A stretch of 64,000 bases of DNA from an uncultured Gammaproteobacteria bacterium (GCA_964424195.1 CAYRHT010000001.1:6102-70101); one strand, 5' to 3'. Positions 39,019 through 48,919 are shown, counted from the stretch's first letter. Program-made: numbers and translations. The notes: generated by a model not told the origin, from the sequence alone.

Positions 39019-39184
39019 AATGAAGAATAATATGGTAAGAAAGAAGATTAACATCTTGGGATTGAACATTGAGATCGTAGATACGGAAGACAATATTAAA
39101 GGTAATAAAGCAATTGCAAAAGCATTTATTGAATTTACAGTAGTTACCTTTATAATGTTTGTTTTACCCTTTATTGTAGGATAA
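39019..39184 (+). CDS. Small membrane-anchored protein (54 aa) with a strong SD site
   Basis: AAAGGAGGAAAAATG. C-terminal TM helix. The ORF-track start at 38966 is probably too far upstream. Confidence 0.4.
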
Positions 39185-39240
39185 GTGTTTATTAAAAATA
39201 AAAGCTGAACTTAATTGTTCAGCTTTTTTGACTTTTAAAA

Positions 39241-39387
39241 TTAGGAATTTACATTTTCTTCAGCTGCTTTTTTTAAGAAAGTCTGTTCTAAAGTAGAATA
39301 TCCCTTAGAGGTACATTCATTACCTTTTCCAGGGCTTTCATTCTTTGGCTTTCTGATTGATTCTTCATAAAATTCTGTTATACACAT
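39241..39387 (-). CDS. Small ORF (48 aa) immediately downstream of clpP with an AGGAGGG SD site
   Basis: Minus-strand ATG at 39387 preceded by AGGAGGGAAG. Not in the ORF track because it is under 60 aa. Confidence 0.3.
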   Translation of the reverse strand: MCITEFYEESIRKPKNESPGKGNECTSKGYSTLEQTFLKKAAEENVNS

Positions 39388-39410
39388 CTTCCCTCCTAGG
39401 TATTTTCAAA

Positions 39411-39986
39411 TTATTTTATCACTTTATCAATCAAACCATACTTTACAGCTTCTTGAGCAGTGATGTAATAATCACGATCTGAGTCTACTTCAATTTTTTT
39501 AATGTCTTTACCAGTATGTTTAGCTAATAGCTTATTCAATCTTTCCTTAATCTTTAATATTTGTTCAGCCTTGATTTTAATATCAGTAGCTTGTCCTTCA
39601 GCGCCACCCATTACTTGATGTAAAAGCATTTCTGAGTTTGGTAAAGCAAATCTTTTACCCTTAGCACCAGCAGTTAATAATACGGCAGCCATAGAAGCAG
39701 CCATTCCTACTGCAATAGTAGAAACATCACATTTAATATATTGCATAGTGTCATAAATTGCTAAACCATCAGTGACACTCCCACCGGGAGAGTTAATGTA
39801 AAGTTTAATATCTTTTTTAGAGTTTTCTGATTCCAAGAATAATAGTTGAGCAATAATAGTGTTAGAAACAGCATCGTTAATTGGAGCTCCTAAAAAGATT
39901 ATTCTTTCTTTTAATAATCGAGAATAGATATCATAGGCTCTTTCGCCCATATTTGATTTTTCAATTACAGTTGGTATTAAAAACAT
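39411..39986 (-). CDS. clpP: ATP-dependent Clp protease proteolytic subunit
   Basis: [17 protein letters not shown] and [10 protein letters not shown] (Ser-His-Asp triad context). Confidence 0.9.
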   Translation of the reverse strand: MFLIPTVIEKSNMGERAYDIYSRLLKERIIFLGAPINDAVSNTIIAQLLFLESENSKKDIKLYINSPGGSVTDGLAIYDTMQYIKCDVSTIAVGMAASMAAVLLTAGAKGKRFALPNSEMLLHQVMGGAEGQATDIKIKAEQILKIKERLNKLLAKHTGKDIKKIEVDSDRDYYITAQEAVKYGLIDKVIK

Positions 39987-39999
39987 ATTTTTATTTTAA

Positions 40000-40974
40000 T
40001 TATTTAGATTTAATGACTTGCCATTGGCCGTTATTCAAAACTAGTTTTCCTTCAATTTCAAATCCAGCTGCTTTTTGATGACCACCACCCCCAAATTTTT
40101 GAGCAATAGCAGAGACATCAACATCATCACGAGTAGTTCTTAAACTACCTTTAACTTTACCAATTTCATATTCTTTTAACAATAGACTAAATCTGTTTTT
40201 CTTGGATAAGTTATTTAAATAGTTAGAAATCCCTTCACTGGCCTCTTCATTTAGATTTAAATTTTCTAAATCTTTTTTAAAGAGAGCAGTGGTTACCATT
40301 CTTAATTCTTTATTAAAAGATATTCTTCGCATTACTATCCCCCAAAGTTTTAAGATATCAATAGTTTTGTTGTAAACATTAGCCTTAGAAATTCCTTCAA
40401 AGTCAGCTCCAATACTTAGGAGTCGAGAAGCAGTTTCAATAGACTGTTTAGTTGTAGAACGATAGGCAAAGTTTCCAGTATCAGTAACTATTCCAGTTAA
40501 GAGAGCAGTAGCCATAGCTGGAGTTATTTTAATATGAGATATTCGCATGATTTGATAAATTATTTCAGCAGTTGATGATGCTTTAGAAATCACTATATTA
40601 ATATCTCCATATTTAGGGTTGGTATAGTGATGATCAACATTAGCTATTCCAAACTTGAATTGAATTTGTTTTAACTTATCAGTAATTCTACTCATATTTA
40701 TATCTCCACAATCTAGCAGAATGCATAAATCATATTGATCGGCTAAATTTTCAGGATTAGTTACAATTTTTTCTATACTTTGTAGATAGTTAAAGTTCTC
40801 TGATGGTTTAGTTATACAAAAGGAAGTCACTTCTTTGTTTGTAGATAGTAAATAATTTTGCATAGCTAAAATACTACCAATAGCATCTCCATCGGGATTT
40901 CTATGAGTTACTAATAGTATCCTTTGAGATTTATTAATAACTGAAATTAATTTTTTTATTTCGTTTTCTAACAT
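40000..40974 (-). CDS. nrnA: DHH/DHHA1 phosphoesterase (NrnA-like oligoribonuclease/pAp phosphatase)
   Basis: HRNPDGDAIGS, DHH motif and DHHA1 GGGGH (FGGGGHQKAAGF). Confidence 0.8.
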   Translation of the reverse strand: MLENEIKKLISVINKSQRILLVTHRNPDGDAIGSILAMQNYLLSTNKEVTSFCITKPSENFNYLQSIEKIVTNPENLADQYDLCILLDCGDINMSRITDKLKQIQFKFGIANVDHHYTNPKYGDINIVISKASSTAEIIYQIMRISHIKITPAMATALLTGIVTDTGNFAYRSTTKQSIETASRLLSIGADFEGISKANVYNKTIDILKLWGIVMRRISFNKELRMVTTALFKKDLENLNLNEEASEGISNYLNNLSKKNRFSLLLKEYEIGKVKGSLRTTRDDVDVSAIAQKFGGGGHQKAAGFEIEGKLVLNNGQWQVIKSK

Positions 40975-41051
40975 TTGTTTATTTTAACTCTAAAACAAAT
41001 TACTAATTTTTAGTAATGATATTTTAAAGATTAGGAATCTTACTATGTTTT

Positions 41052-41381
41052 TTAGCCTTTGTCTAGAGCTTCGCTGACTTCTCTTCTTTTAAGCTCATTT
41101 TCATCTATGAAAAATCTTAGTTCGGGAAGAGTATAGAGATAAATTTTTGATTTTAATTCAGTTCTAATAAATTTAGTTGTTTTGTTTAAGTATTCTAATA
41201 TAGTGCCTCTTTTACTTTCTGGAAGAATACTGATAAATATTTTAGCTATTTTTAAATCAGGACTAACAGTAACTCGCATGATAGTTATCATAGACCCTGA
41301 AGGTATTTCCAAGTCTCTGTTTATTATTTCAGATAGTTGATGTTGAAGTTCACTAGAAACTTGTTCGCAACGTTTAGACAT
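41052..41381 (-). CDS. rbfA: Ribosome-binding factor A
   Basis: KH-like RbfA fold sequence. Located downstream of infB. Confidence 0.75.
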   Translation of the reverse strand: MSKRCEQVSSELQHQLSEIINRDLEIPSGSMITIMRVTVSPDLKIAKIFISILPESKRGTILEYLNKTTKFIRTELKSKIYLYTLPELRFFIDENELKRREVSEALDKG

Positions 41382-41383
41382 AA

Positions 41384-43363
41384 TTATTTATTAGTTTCTT
41401 TATATACTTCTACTAAATCTCCTTCTTTAATTACTGGATCACCATCAAATTCTAAACCACATTCTTGTCCTTCGACAACTTCAGTAACATTCTCTTTACC
41501 ACTTTGAAGATTTGAGATTTGTCCTAGAGCAATAGCTTCTTTATCACGGATAATTTTAGCGATAGCATCTTTAATCATTTTACCTTTCAAAACCTTACCA
41601 CCAAAAACTACTTTAGTTGTTGAGGTTTTAAAGACTGCTAATACTTTTAATTCACCTATTTGTTCTCTAACTATTTTAACGGTAGCAAGTTTATTAATTT
41701 TTTCTTCAATATCTTCTAATAACTTATAGATAATTTTATAATTTTTTATAGCAACTACTTTTTCTTTAGCTAAAAGCTCAGCATTAGAATCAGTATTAAC
41801 ATGAAATCCTAAAATAGTAGATTTGGTAGCTTCAGCATCAATAACATCTTTGTCATTAATACTTCCTAGACCCTTTTTAACTATTTTGATTTTAATTTCT
41901 TCATGTTTAATTTTATCTAAAGACTCTATAATTGCTTCTTGAGAACCAACAACATCAGTTTTTAATATGACATTGATTGATTTTGTATTTTCCTCTTCAT
42001 CATCAGATGTTTGAGCTTGATGAGTAGTTTTGTTAGCTACTGTTGTTTTGTTACCTTTTTTCTTTAAGGCTTTAATATCTTTATTATCAATATCAGCATT
42101 GAAAATATCACCAATTTCAGGAGTACTTTTAAAACCAAGAATTTTAACTGGAGTTGATGGTCCAGCTTCATCTAGATTTTTACCTAGATGATCAATCATA
42201 GCTTTTACTTTTCCATAGGCTTGGCCACTGATAAAATCATCACCTAATTTTAATGTTCCGGTTTGAATTAAAACACTAGCTACTGGTCCTTGATTCTTAT
42301 CAATATGAGATTCAATAATAGTACCAATTGCTTTTCGTTTAGCATCTGCTTTTAAATTTTCCATTTCAGCAACTAAGTTAACCATTTCTAATAGATTATC
42401 AATATTCTTTTCTTCCTTAGCTGAAATTTCAACACAAATAGTTTTTCCACCCCAATCTTCAGGTGTTAAATTTATTTCTGATAATTCTTTTTTAACTTTT
42501 TCTACATCAGCAGTATCTTTGTCTATTTTATTAATAGCAATGATAAAGGGTAATTTTTCTTTTTGAGCTAATTCTATTGATTCTAGAGTTTGAGGTTTTA
42601 ATCCTTCATCAGCAGCTACTACTACAATTCCAATATCAGCAATCTTAGTACCTCGAGATCTCATAGCTTTGAAAGCTTCATGACCAGGAGTATCTAAGAA
42701 AGTAACCTCTTTTTTACCAGCTTTAGCTTTGTAAGCACCAATATGTTGAGTAATATTTCCAGCTTCAGTATCAATAATATTTGCTTTTCTAATAGTATCT
42801 AATAATTTAGTTTTACCATGGTCAACATGACCCATAACTACCACTACGGGAGTCTTTACTTTAGAATTTTTATCAGTAGCAAGTAATTTTTCTAGTTTTT
42901 CAACCTTTTCTTTTTCAGTCTCTATTTCTTTTTCATCACTGCTTATTTTTTTAATACCAAATCCTAGATCTTCAGAGATAATAGCAGCTGTCTCATAATC
43001 AATATCTGAATTTAAAGAAACCATTACTCCATTATTCATTAATTCAGTCATTACTTTACTAAGGGGAAGCTCCATTTTCTCAGCTAATTCTTTAACTACA
43101 ATAGTATTTCCAATTTCTATAATTTTTTCAACTTTTTCTACCTCTTCATCTTGATCATTAATTTTAATTTCTTCTACTTTTGATTCTTCTTCTTCAAATT
43201 TAACTTTTTTCTGATATTTCTTGTAAGCAGCTTTAATTTTATCAACTAGAGAGTCGTCTACCTTAATAGCTTTTGCTCCAATATCAAAACCAAGCTCGGG
43301 TAAAATCTCCAAGAGTTCGGATGTTGGTACTTTTAATTGTCTGGCTAGTTCAGTAACATTCAT
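41384..43363 (-). CDS. infB: Translation initiation factor IF-2
   Basis: GTPase motifs GHVDHGKTKLLD, DTPGH and NKID, plus IF-2 C-terminal domains. Confidence 0.9.
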   Translation of the reverse strand: MNVTELARQLKVPTSELLEILPELGFDIGAKAIKVDDSLVDKIKAAYKKYQKKVKFEEEESKVEEIKINDQDEEVEKVEKIIEIGNTIVVKELAEKMELPLSKVMTELMNNGVMVSLNSDIDYETAAIISEDLGFGIKKISSDEKEIETEKEKVEKLEKLLATDKNSKVKTPVVVVMGHVDHGKTKLLDTIRKANIIDTEAGNITQHIGAYKAKAGKKEVTFLDTPGHEAFKAMRSRGTKIADIGIVVVAADEGLKPQTLESIELAQKEKLPFIIAINKIDKDTADVEKVKKELSEINLTPEDWGGKTICVEISAKEEKNIDNLLEMVNLVAEMENLKADAKRKAIGTIIESHIDKNQGPVASVLIQTGTLKLGDDFISGQAYGKVKAMIDHLGKNLDEAGPSTPVKILGFKSTPEIGDIFNADIDNKDIKALKKKGNKTTVANKTTHQAQTSDDEEENTKSINVILKTDVVGSQEAIIESLDKIKHEEIKIKIVKKGLGSINDKDVIDAEATKSTILGFHVNTDSNAELLAKEKVVAIKNYKIIYKLLEDIEEKINKLATVKIVREQIGELKVLAVFKTSTTKVVFGGKVLKGKMIKDAIAKIIRDKEAIALGQISNLQSGKENVTEVVEGQECGLEFDGDPVIKEGDLVEVYKETNK

Positions 43364-43483
43364 TATATTAAGTATTATTTATTAATTTAGTCTCTAATAG
43401 TAGTTTATTTAAGCCATAAAGTCAAGAATGGAAAAATTATACTATTGACATAGTTTTAAATATTATCTATATTGCTATAATGC

Positions 43484-44629
43484 TTGAATAACATTGAAGA
43501 TATGAGTTTGAATACAGATCAACAAATTTATCAGGCGATTAATAATAGTAAGAATATTTTGTTATTAGTCCCAGTTAATTACAACGGAGATTGTTTATCC
43601 GCTGTTTTAGCTTTCTATAATTATTTAATAAGTCAGACTAAGGGGGACAATATTGACTTTATTCTACCTCAAAAGGCGAAAAAAATATATAGTTTTCTAC
43701 CAAACATAGGAGAAGTAAAATCAAAGTTTGATCATATCCGGAGACTAGTACTATCTATTGATACTTCTAATACTAAAGTGAAGAAAATTGATTATACTCA
43801 ATCTGAGGATAATTTGAAAATCTTTATCAATTCAGTACCGACAGAAATTAACACTGAAGACGTTAAAACCTTCTATGATAACTATTATGATTTAATTATT
43901 ACTTTTAATTCTCCAGATCTAAAATCTTTGGGGGAAGTTTTTTCAGATCATCCAGACTTTTTTCATCAAACTCCAATTGTTAATATTAGCAATCAAGCAT
44001 CTAACGAACGTTATGGAAATATTAATTTTATAGATTTAAAATCTAACTCTTTAGCAGAGCAAGTTTTTAATTTCTTTATTCGTAACAACCTATCAATTAC
44101 TACTGAAATTGCTACCTGTCTTTTGGCAGGATTAATTTCTTCTACTAAAGGTTTTAGTAACAAGAAGGTTACTCCACGAGCTTTGGAGATTGCTAGTAAA
44201 TTAATTGAATTAGGAGCAGACCGAGAACAAGTTATTGAAAGTCTTTATCAAACTAAATCTATTTCTTTGTTAAGAGTTTGGGGACAGATTTTAGCAGAAT
44301 TAAACTATGATGAACAATCTAAGATTGCTTGGTCAGCCTTAAAGACTGATGATGAAGAATTGGAGGTTGATGATTTAATAGAGGAGTTAATTTCTAAAGC
44401 TTCTCAAGCGGAGATAATAGTCTTGTTTAAGATCAAAGCTTCTGATTTATTAAAAGTATATATTCATTCTAATCATAAGCATAACTCCTTTGATTTAATT
44501 AAAGGATTAGCTGAAAAACTAGATATTCTAGGTGATGAAGATTTATTAAGTTTTAATATTAGTGGTTTCCCAGAAGAGGCAAAATACAAGATTCTCAATT
44601 TGATTAAAGAAAATATATCTAAAAGTTAA
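43484..44629 (+). CDS. DHH-like phosphoesterase paralogue with degenerate catalytic motifs
   Basis: Same overall layout as NrnA, but the N-terminal motif reads NYNGDCLSAV instead of DGDAIGS, and no GGGH is present. It may start at the ATG at 43502. Confidence 0.45.
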   Translation: MNNIEDMSLNTDQQIYQAINNSKNILLLVPVNYNGDCLSAVLAFYNYLISQTKGDNIDFILPQKAKKIYSFLPNIGEVKSKFDHIRRLVLSIDTSNTKVKKIDYTQSEDNLKIFINSVPTEINTEDVKTFYDNYYDLIITFNSPDLKSLGEVFSDHPDFFHQTPIVNISNQASNERYGNINFIDLKSNSLAEQVFNFFIRNNLSITTEIATCLLAGLISSTKGFSNKKVTPRALEIASKLIELGADREQVIESLYQTKSISLLRVWGQILAELNYDEQSKIAWSALKTDDEELEVDDLIEELISKASQAEIIVLFKIKASDLLKVYIHSNHKHNSFDLIKGLAEKLDILGDEDLLSFNISGFPEEAKYKILNLIKENISKS

Positions 44630-44669
44630 CAAATAGTCATTTATCCGCTATAATTAGTAATACCTGTAA

Positions 44670-44746
44670 GGGTTCGTAGCTCAGTTGGTTAGAGCGCTAC
44701 GTTGACATCGTAGAGGTCAGAAGTTCGAATCTTCTCGGACCCACCA
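44670..44746 (+). tRNA. tRNA-Val(GAC)
   Basis: GGGTTCG acceptor, anticodon loop TTGACAT, CCA encoded. Confidence 0.8.
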
Positions 44747-44760
44747 TTAAGTTTTGTTTT

Positions 44761-44836
44761 GGGTGTGTAGCTCAGGGGTTAGAGCGCGACTCTTATAAAG
44801 TCGAGGTCGGTGGTTCAATTCCACCCACACCTACCA
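44761..44836 (+). tRNA. tRNA with UAU anticodon (tRNA-Ile(TAT)-like)
   Basis: GGGTGTG acceptor, perfect anticodon stem CGACT/AGTCG with loop CTTATAA, TTCAATT T-loop, CCA encoded. Confidence 0.65.
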
Positions 44837-44929
44837 TTAAATACTCTTGAGAGTATTTTTTTGTTTTCAAAACCATTGACTATAATTAAGTATTGTTTTA
44901 AGTTAAACATAGAATACAATAAAAATTAG

Positions 44930-45202
44930 GATGATTATAATTATAATAGTTCTGGTAGGACCGTAGTTTTTATTTATCCAGACTCCTTAGAAGTATCTCC
45001 CGAATATGTTATTTTTGAGGGAGTAAGTAACGATTTTGCTCCAACAGATCTATTTTCAGATGTTGATGAGTTATTCTACTTTCTGATAGGTTCTATTGAT
45101 GATATTAGAGCTATGCCTTTGTCATTAGGATATTTGATTCAAGATGACTACATTTTACATTCTTATGAGGTCTGGGAAATTTATTTTGTCAAAAAAGAAT
45201 AA
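44930..45202 (+). pseudogene. Protein-like 90-codon reading frame with no canonical in-frame start (possible gene remnant or frameshifted gene). An ATG at 44931 lies in the +1 frame
   Basis: The translation ...PDSLEVSPEYVIFEGVSNDFAPTDLFSDVDELFYFLIGSIDDIRAMPLSLGYLIQDDYILHSYEVWEIYFVKKE* has protein-like composition. The frame opens right after a TAG and has no ATG, GTG or TTG before AMPLSL. Confidence 0.25.
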
Positions 45203-45292
45203 GAGCATAGAAATATGCTCTTATATTTACTGAATTTGATTTGACTAAATTTACTTGGAAGAGTAAGTTAGAGTTAAAGATAAGGAGGAATA

Positions 45293-45487
45293 ATGAGGAA
45301 AATAAGAAGCTTTCTTCAAGAAAATTGGGGATTTGTATTATTGTTTGTAGTTTTTTTACTTTTCTTTATACTTATTATGGCTCCAGAAGAAAATAAAAAA
45401 CTCACTCAGGAACCCCATAGTTTTAGAAATAAAAGCACTGTTCATCTAATTTTGAAGAGTGCTTTTATTATTTTATTTTTCCTCTAA
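45293..45487 (+). CDS. Small membrane protein (64 aa) with a strong SD site
   Basis: AAGGAGGAATAATG. Two hydrophobic segments. Confidence 0.4.
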   Translation: MRKIRSFLQENWGFVLLFVVFLLFFILIMAPEENKKLTQEPHSFRNKSTVHLILKSAFIILFFL

Positions 45488-46694
45488 TTATAGATTGAGG
45501 AGGAAAATTATGAGAACAAGGTATTTTAATATAATAAGTATTATGAGCAGAATCAATCTGTTCTTTTTTATTTACATCAAACATGTCTTTAACTTTAAGT
45601 TTAGTAATAGTTTTATCTTTATAATTTAAAATTTCAATAAATTCTCCTTTTTTAATTTGATTTCGAGCTCTAATGTATAGTTCTTCCTTTTCAGCATCAT
45701 ATTTTTCAACTATTCCCACCATCCGATATTTTTTAATATATCCAGAAGATTCAGGATTCATTGTATTGTCATTATATCCATCCCAGAAGTTAATAGTATA
45801 GTCTCGATGAGAAATATTAGTTAATTCGTTTTGATATTTTTTTAAATTCTTTTTAAATAAAGTAGGAGACTTAGAATAATCATCAATAGCCTTTCTGTAG
45901 GTCATAGCAATGATTGAAACATAGTAAGCGCTTTTCATTCTTCCTTCAATTTTTAAAGAAGCTGGCTTTAATTTAAATATCTCTGGAAACTTCTCTATTA
46001 AACAAAGATCTTTAGAATTTAAAACATAATTAATATTATCTTCTTCTTCAAACTTTAACTTCCTTTCTGGTTTAATAGTTTCATTAGCTTCCCATTCCCA
46101 ACGACAAGGTTGAGTACATTCACCACGGTTAGCATCTTTGTTTACCAAGTATTTACTTAGATAGCATCTACCAGAATAGGAGATACAAAGAGCTCCATGA
46201 ATAAATATTTCAATTTCAGTATTTCCAATAGCTTTTCTTATTTTCTTTAATTGAGTATGAGATAGTTCTCGAGCTAAAACAATTCTTTTTACTCCATTCT
46301 TTTTCCAGAATTTAATACTTTCAGAGTTTAAAGTATTAGCTTGGGTAGAAAGATGAATCGGAATTTTATTCTTTAATCTGTTTGCTACATGAATTACTCC
46401 GGGATCAGCAATAATTAAAGCATCAGGTTTTAATTGATTAAGCTTTTTAATAACTTTCTCTAGTTTTTTAATTTCATCATCGTAAATAAATGAATTTAAA
46501 GCAAAATAGATTCTTTTTTTGTATCTTCGAGCTAATTTAATTGCCTTTTCAGTTTCTGTAAATTTAAGTTCTGATTTCTCAGCTCGTAAAGAAAATCCTT
46601 GCATGCCCATATAACAAGCATCAGCTCCATATAAGTAAGCTGTTTCTAGTTTCTCTAAATTCCCAGCTGGGATTAATAATTCAGGTTTTTTCAT
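45468..46694 (-). CDS. Peptidase U32 family protein
   Basis: PELLIPAGNLEKLETAYLYGADACYMG...FSLRA N-terminal signature of the U32/PrtC family. Confidence 0.75.
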   Translation of the reverse strand: MKKPELLIPAGNLEKLETAYLYGADACYMGMQGFSLRAEKSELKFTETEKAIKLARRYKKRIYFALNSFIYDDEIKKLEKVIKKLNQLKPDALIIADPGVIHVANRLKNKIPIHLSTQANTLNSESIKFWKKNGVKRIVLARELSHTQLKKIRKAIGNTEIEIFIHGALCISYSGRCYLSKYLVNKDANRGECTQPCRWEWEANETIKPERKLKFEEEDNINYVLNSKDLCLIEKFPEIFKLKPASLKIEGRMKSAYYVSIIAMTYRKAIDDYSKSPTLFKKNLKKYQNELTNISHRDYTINFWDGYNDNTMNPESSGYIKKYRMVGIVEKYDAEKEELYIRARNQIKKGEFIEILNYKDKTITKLKVKDMFDVNKKEQIDSAHNTYYIKIPCSHNFPPQSIIRGKIK

Positions 46695-46809
46695 ATATTT
46701 ATTTTAATTTCTAACTATATCATAACCTTTTTTGAAAAAATAAAAAAGTTTTTGTCTGTTGTAAAGCAAGAGATAGATGCTATGATGAGAATAATAATAA
46801 AATATACTT

Positions 46810-48429
46810 ATGGATAAAAAATTTATAGAAATTTCAGAGATATCTCTTTTTATAGAGCATCTAGAACTTAAAATAAAAAATGAAATCGCTAATATTCTAA
46901 ATATTAGCTCAGAAGAGGTGATTGAATACAAAATTATTAAACGAGCAGTTGATTCTCGTAATAAAAAGAAAATTAATTTTGTTTATTCTGTTCGAGTTGA
47001 GCTAAAAGACCCAGAGAGTGTTCTGGAAAAGATTGAAAACTCAGATATCTCTAAAATAACGAGACATCGAATTAAATTAGCTGAACCTTATAACTATAAA
47101 ATTAAAAAGGTTAAGAATAATAAGAATTCTCGACCAGTAATTGTGGGTTCCGGGCCAAGTGGTTTGTTTATGGCTTTGTTATTAGTCCGTTCTGGAATTA
47201 AACCTTTAATAATTGAGCGAGGAGCTGAGCTTAATGCTAGAGTTAAAGATGTCCAGAATTTTTTTGAAAATGCTAAATTAAATTTAGAATCAAATATTCA
47301 GTTTGGAGAAGGTGGAGCAGGGACTTTTTCTGATGGAAAATTATATACTTTAATTACTAATCCTAGAATAAATTTTATCTTTAATGAATTTATAAAAGCT
47401 GGAGCTCCTCCAGAAATAGCTTGGGATGCTAAACCACATATTGGAACTGATAAATTGAGAGGAGTAGTTAAAAATATTCGACAAGAAATTTTAGATTTAG
47501 GTGGGGAGATAATGTTTAATAGTAAATTAACAGATTTAAAGATAGAGAAGAAAAAAATTAAATCTATTATAGTTAATGATGAAAAAGAAATTAAAGCTGA
47601 GAGATTGATTTTAGGAATTGGACATTCTGCTCGCGATACATATGAAATGTTGTTTGCCAAAGATATTAAAATGGAAGCAAAAACATTTTCCATGGGATTA
47701 AGAATTGAACATTCTGCCGAAATGATTAATCGCTCTCAATATGGAAAATTTTATAATTATCCTTTATTACCAACTGCTCGCTATAAATTAGTAGCTCATT
47801 TTCCAGAAGGTCGTTCTGTTTATACTTTTTGTATGTGTCCCGGAGGACAGGTTGTCGGAGCTAGTTCTGAAAATGGAAGATTAGTCACTAATGGGATGAG
47901 TGAATATGCTCAAGACAAAATTAATTCTAATAGTGCACTTTTAGTTAATGTTAATCCAGGGGATTTTGCTTCAGATCATCCTTTGGCTGGAATTGAATTC
48001 CAAAGACATTGGGAGAATCAAGCTTTCATTTCTGGAGGAGGAGATTTTAATGCTCCAGTTCAACTTGTGGGAGATTTTTTAGAAAATACAGCTTCAAATT
48101 CTATAAAAAAAATAAAACCTAGTTATCAGCCAGGTTTTAAAGCTACTTCTTTAAATAGTTGTTTACCAGATTATATTATTAATAGCATTAGAAAGGCTTT
48201 ACCAATTTTAGATAATAAGATTAGAGGTTTTGCAGATCCAGAAGCTATTTTAACTGGCATAGAAACTAGAAGTTCAGCTCCTGTCAGAATCCTTAGAAAT
48301 GATAAGTTTCAAACTAATATAGAAGGAATTTATCCAATTGGTGAAGGAGCTGGTTATGCCGGAGGAATTGTTTCTTCAGCTTTAGATGGATTAATTGTTG
48401 GAGAGGCTGTTGTGGAAGAGTTGGAGTAG
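46810..48429 (+). CDS. FAD-dependent oxidoreductase (COG2509-like NAD(FAD)-utilizing dehydrogenase)
   Basis: Rossmann dinucleotide-binding motif VIVGSGPSGLFMALLL and a C-terminal GEGAGYAGGI motif. Confidence 0.65.
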   Translation: MDKKFIEISEISLFIEHLELKIKNEIANILNISSEEVIEYKIIKRAVDSRNKKKINFVYSVRVELKDPESVLEKIENSDISKITRHRIKLAEPYNYKIKKVKNNKNSRPVIVGSGPSGLFMALLLVRSGIKPLIIERGAELNARVKDVQNFFENAKLNLESNIQFGEGGAGTFSDGKLYTLITNPRINFIFNEFIKAGAPPEIAWDAKPHIGTDKLRGVVKNIRQEILDLGGEIMFNSKLTDLKIEKKKIKSIIVNDEKEIKAERLILGIGHSARDTYEMLFAKDIKMEAKTFSMGLRIEHSAEMINRSQYGKFYNYPLLPTARYKLVAHFPEGRSVYTFCMCPGGQVVGASSENGRLVTNGMSEYAQDKINSNSALLVNVNPGDFASDHPLAGIEFQRHWENQAFISGGGDFNAPVQLVGDFLENTASNSIKKIKPSYQPGFKATSLNSCLPDYIINSIRKALPILDNKIRGFADPEAILTGIETRSSAPVRILRNDKFQTNIEGIYPIGEGAGYAGGIVSSALDGLIVGEAVVEELE

Positions 48430-48523
48430 AGTTTATTTCCTAGACTTGACTTTTAGCAAATAGAGGAATAATATAAATATAGGTCGCAACTTTGCGATTT
48501 TTTGTTTATATTATTTTAAATTT

Positions 48524-48919
48524 ATGAGAGAACTTTTAATAAAATTTGTAGAATGGACCAAGTTAAAAATTAGACTGCATATTAGAGATGATCAAGATAT
48601 TTATTTTTATGAGCGAGAAATTTGGTGGGTTAGCCTGGGAATTAATATAGGATTTGAACAAGATGGAAAACATAATAATTTTGAAAGACCTGTCCTGGTT
48701 TTGAAAAAATTTGGAGCTAAAACGTTATGGATATTACCTATGACTAGTAAAGAGAAGGTAGGTATATTTTATTATCACATAGAATATCAAGGCAAAAATT
48801 ATTTTTTAATACTATCCCAGTTAAAATTAATTAGTAGTAAAAGATTATTACGAAAAATTAGAACTTTATCAGAAGATGAATTTGAAGATATTAAACTTAA
48901 GCTAAAAGCTCTTATATAA
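48524..48919 (+). CDS. PemK/MazF-like endoribonuclease toxin-fold protein with no evident cognate antitoxin
   Basis: REIWWVSLGINIGFEQDGKHNNFERPVLVL parallels the MazF/PemK core GEIWWVDLDP..GSEQ.G.RPVLVL. Confidence 0.5.
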   Translation: MRELLIKFVEWTKLKIRLHIRDDQDIYFYEREIWWVSLGINIGFEQDGKHNNFERPVLVLKKFGAKTLWILPMTSKEKVGIFYYHIEYQGKNYFLILSQLKLISSKRLLRKIRTLSEDEFEDIKLKLKALI

